64,000 bases of DNA from an uncultured Gammaproteobacteria bacterium (GTDB taxonomy: Bacteria; Patescibacteriota; Microgenomatia; CAYQLK01), in NCBI GenBank assembly GCA_964404855.1, contig CAYOLO010000002.1, forward strand, positions 3,494 to 67,493. Direction: 5' to 3'. Shown here piece after piece: positions 47,134 to 56,009 of the stretch; the stretch's first letter is position 1, and each line of letters begins with the position of its first letter. The position numbers were made by a program, and so were the translations under genes. The notes beneath the pieces are model-generated. The model was not told where the DNA came from and did no database searches. It saw nothing but the letters and a program-made list of their open reading frames with translations.

Positions 47134-48003
47134 TTAGATTCGCAAATATCTTCTTAGAGAAATTTGCGCCCCGATTGCTCCAATTAATGCACCAGCTAAT
47201 GATTGGCCGCCAATTAGTAGTAAAAATACACTAATTGGAATTGGAAAAATAGGAATTCCTGTAAAAAATGGTGAAATTTCTGGAGAGAAATACAAAACAA
47301 GCATAGTAATAACAAGGCTAGAAATCAACGCACCTACAACACCATAAAGAATACCTTCAAAAATAAATGGTGCTTTAATATACCAATTCGAGGCACCAAT
47401 TAGCCTCATAATTTTGATTTCCTCTCTTCTGATGGCAATTCTCATACCAATAACCATAAAAACAATTAATACTGAAACAGTAGTTAAAAACGCCACGAGC
47501 GCTACACCGCCGACTCTTAAAATTCTGGTCCAATTGGTTAATTTTTCAACCACATCCTTTTGGTATACAACCTCATCAATTATTTCTTCTTTTACCAGTA
47601 TCTCTGAAATTTTTTCTAAGTCGGATGCGTTGTATGTTGAAATATCTAAGGATGCAGGAAGAATGTTGGCCGTAACCAACTCAAGAAGGAGTGGATCGTT
47701 TTTGTTTTGATCTTGATAGATTTTTAAGGCGTCTTCTTTGGAAATGAACTTAACTTCGCTGGTTAGATTCGTGTCAGTTATGGTTTTTTGTAAAGCAAAT
47801 ATCTGATCATTTTGTGCAGTATCTTTAAAAAAGGCTGAAATCTGAGGTCTTGCTTCGAAATATTTAATTACCTCATTACTTCCGACAGCCACCAGAACGA
47901 ACAGTCCAGAGATAAAAAAGGTGGCAGCCATAACAACAAAAGCTGCTAGAGCTTGGTATGGTGATCTGCGAATATATCTTGCGGTAGTTTTAATCTTTGC
48001 CAT
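47134..48003 (-). CDS. ftsX: Cell-division ABC transporter permease FtsX
   Basis: 289 aa. N-terminal cytoplasmic RRSPYQALAAFVVMAATFFISGLF, one extracellular domain, and a C-terminal 3-TM bundle, which is FtsX topology. Follows ftsE with overlap. Confidence 0.8.
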   Translation of the reverse strand: MAKIKTTARYIRRSPYQALAAFVVMAATFFISGLFVLVAVGSNEVIKYFEARPQISAFFKDTAQNDQIFALQKTITDTNLTSEVKFISKEDALKIYQDQNKNDPLLLELVTANILPASLDISTYNASDLEKISEILVKEEIIDEVVYQKDVVEKLTNWTRILRVGGVALVAFLTTVSVLIVFMVIGMRIAIRREEIKIMRLIGASNWYIKAPFIFEGILYGVVGALISSLVITMLVLYFSPEISPFFTGIPIFPIPISVFLLLIGGQSLAGALIGAIGAQISLRRYLRI

Positions 48004-48691
48004 ATTTACCTTTGTTTTTGTCTGATAATATTTTGCCTTTTTCTAAGTGAATCACACGCCTTTGACGTTTATCAACAATTGGGACGTCGTGTGTCGCTAC
48101 GATCACTGTTGTTCCGAGCTCTTTATTAATGTTTTCGAGCAAATCGATAATAAGATCTGAATTACCAGGATCGAGATCACCAGTTGGTTCATCGGCGAGT
48201 AGTATTGATGGCTTGGCAATAATTGCCCTAGCAATACTGGTCCTTTGGACTTCACCGCCAGATAATTGAGAAGGGAAATGCTTAGCCTTGTCTGCGATCC
48301 CGACCATATCCAAGGTTTCCATGACTTGCTGTCTAATTTTGGAGTCTTTTTCTCCAATAACTTGAAGAGCAATTGCCACATTCTCAGCAACAGTTCGATC
48401 GTTTAACAGTTTGAAATCTTGAAAGACCATACCAATATCTCGTCTTAGTTTGGGAACTTTTGATCTTTTGAGCTTAGATAGATTAAAATCGTTGACTTTA
48501 ATCTCGCCCGAAGAAAAATTTAGCTCTTTGTTGATTAACTTAAGAATCGTCGATTTACCTGCACCTGACTTGCCTATCAGGAAAACGAAATCTTTGTCGG
48601 GTATTTCGAGTGTGATTTCCTCAAGCCCAATTGAACCATCAGGGAATTTTTTACTAACTTGGTCAAAAATAATCATAAAGGCAGTTAACAA
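47990..48691 (-). CDS. ftsE: Cell-division ABC transporter ATP-binding protein FtsE
   Basis: Walker A GKSGAGKST, signature LSGGEVQRTSIARAI, Walker B ILLADEPTGDLD. The true start is probably the internal MIIFDQVSKKF. Confidence 0.85.
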   Translation of the reverse strand: MLTAFMIIFDQVSKKFPDGSIGLEEITLEIPDKDFVFLIGKSGAGKSTILKLINKELNFSSGEIKVNDFNLSKLKRSKVPKLRRDIGMVFQDFKLLNDRTVAENVAIALQVIGEKDSKIRQQVMETLDMVGIADKAKHFPSQLSGGEVQRTSIARAIIAKPSILLADEPTGDLDPGNSDLIIDLLENINKELGTTVIVATHDVPIVDKRQRRVIHLEKGKILSDKNKGKYGKD

Positions 48692-48753
48692 TACTTACTA
48701 AGTAGGGATTTTACCAAATGTATTAAAAAGATTCGACCCTAGAAATGAAACTT

Positions 48754-49161
48754 TTACTGCGAAGCCTCAACTCGACCAACATCCATAAGCCATCCGACCT
48801 GACTTGAAGAGAAGGTCTCCCCATAGACGGTAACTTTTTGCCCAACATATTCATTGAGATCTAATACCGAGGATGTAAGGTATGCAGTTTGACTTTCATC
48901 ACCTCGGATTAGTTTGTGAGTACCACTCGCAAAATTTTCCCCATCAGACACATCGTTTTTCTCAATTACACCTTCGGCTTTATCTCGAAAAGAAGCTGCG
49001 TCTTTTTGTTGAACTTGTTCAGTATGTTCAGATACAGACCCCTCTTCCTTTGCGGAAAGCGAAGAAGCAGATTTGGATGGTGTTGCTTGAGCGAGAACAA
49101 ATCCTGTGCCAACTCCAAGGATTATTGAGATAATAGGAACGATAATGAATGCGAGTTTCAT
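48754..49161 (-). CDS. Small secreted/anchored hypothetical protein
   Basis: 135 aa. N-terminal signal/TM segment MKLAFIIVPIISIILGVGTGFVLAQA, then an acidic Ser-rich region. No known motif. Confidence 0.4.
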   Translation of the reverse strand: MKLAFIIVPIISIILGVGTGFVLAQATPSKSASSLSAKEEGSVSEHTEQVQQKDAASFRDKAEGVIEKNDVSDGENFASGTHKLIRGDESQTAYLTSSVLDLNEYVGQKVTVYGETFSSSQVGWLMDVGRVEASQ

Positions 49162-49201
49162 CTAAATATTATTAGAACTAATATAACTTAGATTGTAGCA
49201 G

Positions 49202-50320
49202 TTAATTTTTGACATTGTCTAGGTCAGACTTAAGCTCAGCAAGAATAAAGTTTTCTATATGTCCTTCTAAAACCGATTCTGCGTTTGTATCTTCGTATCC
49301 AGTTCTTATGTCTTTGACAAGTTTATAAGGGTGTAATACGTAAGATCTTATTTGGTTACCCCAACCAGCCATAGTCAAACCACTTTTTAGTTTTTGATTC
49401 TCAACATCCGCTTGATCTTTTTGTCTTTGAAACAATTTTGCTCTCAACAGTTTCATGGCATTTTCCTTGTTTTGAGCTTGATATCTTTGGGTTTGTGATG
49501 CCACGACAATACCCGTAGGCAGATGTTTAATCCTGACAGCAGTTTCGACTTTATTGACGTTTTGCCCACCAGCACCCGCTGAACGGTAAGTGTCGACTTC
49601 AATATCTTCAGGTCTGATTTCTATGTCAGGATTATCGTCCATTTCTGGCATAACTTCGACGAGAGCAAAAGAAGTTTGCCTTAGTTGATCAGCATTAAAT
49701 GGTGATTGTCTCACGAGTCGATGGACGCCCATTTCCCTTTTTAAATAACCATAAGCATAATCTCCAGATATTAGAATCGACACCTCTTTTACTCCTGCCT
49801 CCTCGCCTTCTACCTCGTTTATTACCTCGCTTTTCCAACCTTGTTTTGTTTCTGCATATCGTTGATACATTCTTGACAACATCGCAGCCCAGTCCATGGC
49901 CTCAGTTCCACCTTGTCCAGAATGGACAGACACTATTGCGTTTGCTTGGTCATGAGGACCAGAAAGAAAGACTAGTATTTCTAGAGCGGCAATTTGATTT
50001 TTTAAGTCCTGATATTCTAAGTTGAGCGAGTTCTCAGTTTTTTCATCAATTTCTAAATTGTCCTCTTTTGCATAATTTAACACGTCAATATTCTCATTGA
50101 TTTTTTGCTGAAGACTTATAACAGTTGCTATTTCTTTTTCGATTAGTGAAATTTCTTTCATCACTTTTTGAGCAGTAATATTGTCAGACCAAAAATTAGG
50201 ATCTTTAGTAAGTAAATTAAGCTCTTCAAGTTTCTTTTTTTTCTCGGGAATATTTAACCTGTTGGTAATAATTTCTAAATTTGAAAGTAATTCTTGATAA
50301 TTTGTTACGAGAGAATCCAT
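49202..50320 (-). CDS. prfB: Peptide chain release factor 2
   Basis: SPF tripeptide (RQSPFNA) and GGQ motif ([11 protein letters not shown]). 372 aa in a single uninterrupted frame. Confidence 0.9.
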   Translation of the reverse strand: MDSLVTNYQELLSNLEIITNRLNIPEKKKKLEELNLLTKDPNFWSDNITAQKVMKEISLIEKEIATVISLQQKINENIDVLNYAKEDNLEIDEKTENSLNLEYQDLKNQIAALEILVFLSGPHDQANAIVSVHSGQGGTEAMDWAAMLSRMYQRYAETKQGWKSEVINEVEGEEAGVKEVSILISGDYAYGYLKREMGVHRLVRQSPFNADQLRQTSFALVEVMPEMDDNPDIEIRPEDIEVDTYRSAGAGGQNVNKVETAVRIKHLPTGIVVASQTQRYQAQNKENAMKLLRAKLFQRQKDQADVENQKLKSGLTMAGWGNQIRSYVLHPYKLVKDIRTGYEDTNAESVLEGHIENFILAELKSDLDNVKN

Positions 50321-50353
50321 ATATTATTTTTTAACCAGTTAAAATTGATGACT

Positions 50354-51184
50354 TTATGAAACCAAGCCTAACAGAAACAAGAATATTATTAAAAATCCAA
50401 ATGCATATCTGTAAACAACGAAGGATATAAGAGTAAATTTTGTTAAGAAATGCATCATAAATTTAATGGCTAAAAATCCAGATATAGCTGCTGCGACAAT
50501 ACCAACAATAAAAGATAGTTGTAGGTCTTTTGGAAAAGATGATGGATTTATAATAAATGGCCAAAGTTGCTTTAATGCTGCACCGGCAATAGTCGGAACC
50601 GCCATTAAAAATGCGAACCGAGCAGCTTCAACTCTTTTTAACCCTAAAACCATTCCTGAAGAAATAATAATTCCCGATCTGCTCGTACCTGGAATTAGCG
50701 AGATTGCTTGCGCTACCCCCAAAACCAAAGCATCTGTAAAACTTAATGAAGAAAGACTTCTGTTGTGTTTGGCTCTTCGTTCGGAATATATGAAATATAA
50801 AGAAACAGAAAATAACATTAGAGCAACTAACATTGGTGAGCGAAACGCAGAGTCAACAATATCTTCGAACAAAAATCCAACTATACCTGCTGGTATGGCT
50901 GAGATTAAAACAAGCCATCCTAATTTTTGTTCTTGCGACTTAATGCTAAAAAAATAAAACGACTTTAGTATTCCAATAAATACCCGCCTAAGATCGTTAA
51001 AAAAATAAATAATTACTGCCAGAAGTGTACCCAGGTGTAATGCCACATCAAAAACTAGCCCAAATTCTGCTGAAGATACATGAAAAAGAGATTCAAAGAC
51101 GATTAAATGTCCTGTTGAAGAAATTGGTAAAAATTCTGTTGCGCCCTGAATAATACCTAAAAAAATAAATGCCAAAATTCCCAT
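50354..51184 (-). CDS. uppP: Undecaprenyl-diphosphate phosphatase
   Basis: LGIIQGATEFLPISSTGHL and PGTSRSG blocks characteristic of UppP/BacA. 276 aa, 8 TM helices. Confidence 0.9.
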   Translation of the reverse strand: MGILAFIFLGIIQGATEFLPISSTGHLIVFESLFHVSSAEFGLVFDVALHLGTLLAVIIYFFNDLRRVFIGILKSFYFFSIKSQEQKLGWLVLISAIPAGIVGFLFEDIVDSAFRSPMLVALMLFSVSLYFIYSERRAKHNRSLSSLSFTDALVLGVAQAISLIPGTSRSGIIISSGMVLGLKRVEAARFAFLMAVPTIAGAALKQLWPFIINPSSFPKDLQLSFIVGIVAAAISGFLAIKFMMHFLTKFTLISFVVYRYAFGFLIIFLFLLGLVS

Positions 51185-51198
51185 ACCTAATTATTATA

Positions 51199-51864
51199 TT
51201 ACTTTGTCATTTTAATCCAATTTTTAAATGAATTAATTTGTAATAACAAAGGGAAAACCACTAAGACTAGAACTGAAAAAAGGCTAATAATCGCGAGAGT
51301 TTGAGTAGAATAAATTATTTCATTAATAAAGTAAAAGATTAAAAATATGTAAATTACAGTAGGAATCATTGTTGCAATTAGATATTTTTTGTAGGACAAG
51401 TTGGAAATTCCACTTGCGTAACTAACTAAACCAAAGCTAACCCCTGGAAGTGATCTGAAAATTAATACCGACCGTGTGTTTATGTATTCAGAAAATGAAT
51501 TTATTTGGCTTCGATCGTTTTTCGTGGTTAAAAGTTTTAAAACCTTCTCCGTAAAGTATCTTCCAATATAAAAATTAATCGTAGCGGAAATAAAAAAGGC
51601 AATAATTGTTGAAATAACTCCAACAAAAAAAGGAAATGACACTCCTCCAGCTAAAATAAATGGAACATCTGGAAGAGGAGGAATTAAAATTGCAAAACTA
51701 ACTATAAATATATAAACAATTGGCGACAATGCACCGTAATTCGATATTGAAGACTTTGTTGATTCTATTAATTTTAACAAGTCAGGGTTATTACTGAACC
51801 CGAACCCAAGCGTTAAAATAAAAGCTAAATATATTAAATAGTAAAAAACAAATGTCTTATTCAA
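51199..51864 (-). CDS. DedA/TVP38/SNARE-associated family membrane protein
   Basis: 221 aa. PLPDVPFILAGGVSFPF...IGRYFTEKV...FRSLPGVSFGLVSYASGISNLSYKKY fits PF09335 re-entrant helix motifs. Confidence 0.65.
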   Translation of the reverse strand: MNKTFVFYYLIYLAFILTLGFGFSNNPDLLKLIESTKSSISNYGALSPIVYIFIVSFAILIPPLPDVPFILAGGVSFPFFVGVISTIIAFFISATINFYIGRYFTEKVLKLLTTKNDRSQINSFSEYINTRSVLIFRSLPGVSFGLVSYASGISNLSYKKYLIATMIPTVIYIFLIFYFINEIIYSTQTLAIISLFSVLVLVVFPLLLQINSFKNWIKMTK

Positions 51865-51924
51865 AAACGGAAATAATCTTTGATAATCGACTTGATTCTA
51901 ACAAAAAAATGAAAACTTTGTTCT

Positions 51925-53439
51925 TTACTTGGCACCAAGTATAACTACCACATCGGCTGAAGTCTTAACATCAGTTGGTAGCTTAGATCCCTTATCAGTT
52001 GCTGTATAGCCAGCGGTTTTGAGCTCAGCTATTAACGCTTTAATAAAATCATCTGAGGCTTTGCCAACATTGTATATCTCCGTTGCAGTGTAATCTTCAG
52101 TGGGAGCGTTAGTTGCAGAAACAGTATCGAAGTCTGCAGAATCTAAGGCCTTACTTACAACACCTGCGGCACCAGCCTTACCTGAACCGTTTTGAACCTG
52201 TACTGAAAATTCGTCTTTTTTAATATTAGCTGAAGGTGAAGATTCAACAGGAGTTGGCGTAGCTTGAATTATTGGTGCAGGGGTGGGTGTTGGAGTAAGT
52301 GTTGTTTGGCTAACAACAGCGGGTGAAAAGAATGGAACATTGAATGGAAGATAGCCTGCTCTTGCGAGAACACCAACAACCAAAAACAGCACAACTAAAA
52401 TAATAATTACACCTACAAGCCAAGCTTTCCAACTGGTGGTTTCCTCATCGTAATAACGATAATCTCTACTATCGTTTAATCTACGAAGTGTGTCTTCGTT
52501 TTCGTTTTCGTTAGTATATTCCTCTGACATAGCAGTTTTGTCTTTTTCTTCTAGTAATTGATGGGCAGATGTTTTGGCCGAAGAAGATTCTTCTTTTTTC
52601 TCTTCTTCGTTATTCTCGTGGGCAATTTCTTGCGGTAGGTCTTTCACAACAAGCCGAGCAGATATTATTGAATCTAAGTATAACGACTTGGTATTATCTG
52701 TCAAGTTTTTTATTGTAATAGGCTTTCTTGCCAGAGTAATTTTTGAAGGGAGTTTGATTTCGGGTGTTTTTGGAAAACCAATGAGCGCGACTTTTTTGAT
52801 GTTTAGTCCATATTCTTTTTTATTTTGAACGAACTCAATTGCCTTTGAAACACGTGTAACTAGTTCAACTGGATCTGGACTGTTAATTGTTTCGGTGTAA
52901 TACACGGCCGAATCTTTAACTGCAGCTAAAATGTATTGATCAGCGGTTTTGAGGGCAATTAGCGCTTCTTTTTCTTTTGCAAATTTTTCCATACCCAAAA
53001 TCACGGGAGCGAAACCGAGGAATTCCATATTTAACTCTTGAGAATATTTGAGATAGAGCTCTTTAGTTTCCGTGGGGTAAACTGTAACTTGAGTTCTTTG
53101 GTCGTCAATATTGTAATGAACAGCCTCGATTTCCTGACTGGTCAACGAATATTTATCTTTTACTTTTTGTGTAATTTCTTTATCTGACAAACCAGAAACA
53201 TCTGTTAGTACTGTAGTTAAGGTTTTGTACTCTGGCCAGACTGCGAAAAGCTTGGTAGGTAGATCTGGGTTGGCAGTTTTAATATCACGTAAGGCTTTTT
53301 GAATATGCTTATGATCTCTTTGGTCGCTTACTTTCTCTGAAATATTTTTTATAAATGCAACTTTTGAACCGTCTACCTCAAAAATACAGATTTTAATCCC
53401 TTCTGGGTCAATTAGTAGTGTTGCAAAACTGTTATTCAT
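51925..53439 (-). CDS. Membrane protein with a PilM-like(?) N-terminal cytoplasmic domain, single TM helix, and an extracellular C-terminal LytR_C domain
   Basis: N-terminal ~270 aa (LLIDPEGIKICIFEVDGSKV...) is paralogous to the N-domain of 54044..55144. Then an acidic linker, the TM segment WLVGVIIILVVLFLVVGVLA, and a PT-rich linker. The C-terminus FSVQVQNGSGKAGAAGVVSKAL...ATEIYNVG matches the LytR_C pattern V.V.NG.g..GlA. Confidence 0.45.
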   Translation of the reverse strand: MNNSFATLLIDPEGIKICIFEVDGSKVAFIKNISEKVSDQRDHKHIQKALRDIKTANPDLPTKLFAVWPEYKTLTTVLTDVSGLSDKEITQKVKDKYSLTSQEIEAVHYNIDDQRTQVTVYPTETKELYLKYSQELNMEFLGFAPVILGMEKFAKEKEALIALKTADQYILAAVKDSAVYYTETINSPDPVELVTRVSKAIEFVQNKKEYGLNIKKVALIGFPKTPEIKLPSKITLARKPITIKNLTDNTKSLYLDSIISARLVVKDLPQEIAHENNEEEKKEESSSAKTSAHQLLEEKDKTAMSEEYTNENENEDTLRRLNDSRDYRYYDEETTSWKAWLVGVIIILVVLFLVVGVLARAGYLPFNVPFFSPAVVSQTTLTPTPTPAPIIQATPTPVESSPSANIKKDEFSVQVQNGSGKAGAAGVVSKALDSADFDTVSATNAPTEDYTATEIYNVGKASDDFIKALIAELKTAGYTATDKGSKLPTDVKTSADVVVILGAK

Positions 53440-53523
53440 ATCTCAAAGACATTTATTTAATAGCTAATACATCCATATTAAATAGATACTCAATATTTTG
53501 CTATAGCCTTATTTTTTGAAAAA

Positions 53524-54036
53524 TTATCTAGTGACCGTAATTGTCTCACCAAGTTCTGCAGAAGGAGCGGTAACAGTAATGCGATCGTCGGTCGTTACCA
53601 CGACTGTATAACCAGTTTGATAGGCAGTACAATCTGTAAATGAACCATCCTGAGGATCGATTGGAACCGAGGCAATATACTCTGGAGTAACATCATCACA
53701 AATATTTGCCATTGCAGGAATTGAGGTAGTAGAAGAGCCGATTTCTCTTTCTGTCGAGTCAACGCCGCTTGGGAAACCTGCAGAGTTATTAATATAATAC
53801 TGTTGGATCGCGTTTAAGATTGCATTAATATCAGATTTTCTTTGGGTGTTTCTTGCCTGAGCAAACTGTCTTGCAGGGTTAAGTGCAACTAAAACAATCG
53901 CAAAAAGTACACCAATGATTGCAATTACAACTAGAAGTTCAATAAGGGTAAATCCTCTGGGAGACTTAATATTTTTGGGCAGATTCATATTTAACTGATT
54001 TAACTTAATATTAGGTATTAGTATTTGGCTTGTCAA
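53524..54036 (-). CDS. Type IV pilin (probable major pilin)
   Basis: Class III signal KSPRG|FTLIELLVVIAIIGVLFAIVL with Glu at +5. C-terminal Cys pair (ANICDD...TDCTAY) suggests a D-region disulfide. The true start is probably the internal MNLPKN (~53988). Confidence 0.85.
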   Translation of the reverse strand: MTSQILIPNIKLNQLNMNLPKNIKSPRGFTLIELLVVIAIIGVLFAIVLVALNPARQFAQARNTQRKSDINAILNAIQQYYINNSAGFPSGVDSTEREIGSSTTSIPAMANICDDVTPEYIASVPIDPQDGSFTDCTAYQTGYTVVVTTDDRITVTAPSAELGETITVTR

Positions 54037-54043
54037 GAAGATT

Positions 54044-55144
54044 TTATTGTTGTTGAGCGCTTTCTGTTGAGGGTACTACTAAAATTTGAGGAGAACTTTT
54101 CGGTTGAGAAAATTTTTGTGAGGGAATTATGGTTGGCTCGGTTTTGGCTGCAGGAGCAACAGTACCATTTTTTCGGATATTTTTTGATTTTGTTGATTGG
54201 AATTGCATATATACGACTATTCCCAAAACTACTAAAAGAGTTGCCAATATTAAAATAGTAGCAATGATTTTTGGTGAAGGTTTTTTGGATTGTGTATTTT
54301 CGGTAGTTTCCAACTTATTTGTTTCTTTTTCAGATGGAGAATTTGCTTCAATTTTTTTGATCTGCTCAGCAGAAATTATTTCGGGCGATTTGGTTTTGGA
54401 AAAATTTGAAATAATTAATTCATCAAAACTTCCTGTAACCTGTGGAATCTTCAATAAACTGATTTTTTCAATTGTTACCGCTTTGTCCGAATCTGTTATT
54501 ACTGTATCAATTTCAAGACTAAAATCTTGGTCAGTTTTGTAAAACCTTATTAACTCTGGAAGAATTTTTTCACTATCTACCTGTTTATATATTTGGTAAT
54601 CTACTACCCGCTCCTTGTGATTTAGTATTACAATTAAGCCATTTTTGCTGTTAAGACAAGTTAATATTGTTTTTGATTTTTTAGGGATATTAGCTAATAA
54701 GTTTGGGGAAAATAGTAAAACTAATGGATAACTTTTAACAATACTAATCTTGTCTGCAAAGCATTTAAAAAGCAAATTCTTAATCGGATTTGGGGAAGCA
54801 AAAATTGTACTGATTTCATCGCCTTTTATAATAAAAAAATCCGCCTCATCAGCTGAATAGGGCAAAATCTGGTCGGCTAATGATAATAGCTCCGTTGGTG
54901 TTTTTTTGGTTGAATTAATAAATGACATGTCTGAAGCGAAAATAATTTCGACTTCTTGGCTTTTTTTGGATTTTGGATCAAGAGGGATTGCTTTTTTAAC
55001 GGCGTTTACTAGAGAATTTATATCTTGCGAAAAACTGATATTTTTGCCTTCGATGCCTACTTTTTCATAGACAGTTAAGCTACTCCTTGAAACTAAAATT
55101 TTTAAATTATTATTAGGCAGTATAGACATTATATTTCTCTCCAA
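54044..55144 (-). CDS. Putative T4P inner-membrane assembly protein (PilM-like N-domain + C-terminal TM anchor)
   Basis: 366 aa. N-terminal ~300 aa soluble domain (LKILVSRSSLTVYEKVGIEGKNISF...) resembles the start of actin-like PilM. TM helix IIATILILATLLVVLGIVVY near the C-terminus. Paralogous to the N-domain of 51925..53439. Confidence 0.3.
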   Translation of the reverse strand: MERNIMSILPNNNLKILVSRSSLTVYEKVGIEGKNISFSQDINSLVNAVKKAIPLDPKSKKSQEVEIIFASDMSFINSTKKTPTELLSLADQILPYSADEADFFIIKGDEISTIFASPNPIKNLLFKCFADKISIVKSYPLVLLFSPNLLANIPKKSKTILTCLNSKNGLIVILNHKERVVDYQIYKQVDSEKILPELIRFYKTDQDFSLEIDTVITDSDKAVTIEKISLLKIPQVTGSFDELIISNFSKTKSPEIISAEQIKKIEANSPSEKETNKLETTENTQSKKPSPKIIATILILATLLVVLGIVVYMQFQSTKSKNIRKNGTVAPAAKTEPTIIPSQKFSQPKSSPQILVVPSTESAQQQ

Positions 55145-55506
55145 GAACTAATTTGTAAATTATTTTCGGTTGATAATACTATTACTTCAATTGTCCTTTT
55201 TGTATTGTTAAATTCAACGGACGAAGTTATAGTTTTTGGATTAGTACCAGTTACATTAATTGTAATATTGCTACCGTTTACAGTTAGCGTATTTCCTGAA
55301 TAAGTCTGGTTTCTAAGTAAATTAAGAATAGCATCTTCAATCCCTGATTCGGCAAGTAAATATGCTTTTGTTGTATTTGACGAAGTATTTGATTGAATTA
55401 ATTGTCCAAGCAATGAAGTCGAGGCTGATGTAAAAATAACTGTTGCTATTGCAGAAATTACTATGACAGCCAGTAGTGCAGAACCATTATTTTTTTTCTG
55501 CTTCAT
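55129..55506 (-). CDS. Minor pilin-like / pseudopilin (atypical)
   Basis: 125 aa. N-terminal KKNNG|SALLAVIVISAIATVIF hydrophobic helix, but no Glu+5. Embedded among pilin genes. Confidence 0.4.
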   Translation of the reverse strand: MKQKKNNGSALLAVIVISAIATVIFTSASTSLLGQLIQSNTSSNTTKAYLLAESGIEDAILNLLRNQTYSGNTLTVNGSNITINVTGTNPKTITSSVEFNNTKRTIEVIVLSTENNLQISSWREI

Positions 55507-56009
55507 TGCCTTTTGTTTACAGTGAAACTTATATTGATTTGATCAACACTACTGGAAACGGTTCGAGACTGAAGTACGATATCAAAATTTAACGTCGCTG
55601 ATCCCGACTCGTAGCTAGAATTTTTTACACTAAAACTATTAACATACGTTTGGTTCGAATTGATTCTATATGTGCCGTTAGGGTCAGTGATTTGGAGCGC
55701 ACCATCAGCTAGTGTATAAGAGTAATTCTCAGTGTCAAAAACAAAATGTAATTCATCAGCCGTTTCTCCAACAATAGCTGGAGTAGAAATACTGGCAGCT
55801 CTGCGAATATCATTACGTAATTTCGTACTAATAAATCTTGCATCAGAATCCAAATAAGAGATATTTCTCGATTCGATCATAAATGAAAGTGTCTGCAAGA
55901 TAATATCGGTGATAAAAATAATAACAATTGAGAGCAATGCTATATATAACAATACTTCGACAAAAGTGGTGCCTTTTGGTTTTGGTTTTTTAAAAAAAAT
56001 ATTTTTCAT
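55503..56009 (-). CDS. Minor type IV pilin-like protein
   Basis: KPKG|TTFVEVLLYIALLSIVIIF prepilin-type N-terminus with Glu at +5. 168 aa. Confidence 0.6.
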   Translation of the reverse strand: MKNIFFKKPKPKGTTFVEVLLYIALLSIVIIFITDIILQTLSFMIESRNISYLDSDARFISTKLRNDIRRAASISTPAIVGETADELHFVFDTENYSYTLADGALQITDPNGTYRINSNQTYVNSFSVKNSSYESGSATLNFDIVLQSRTVSSSVDQINISFTVNKRQ

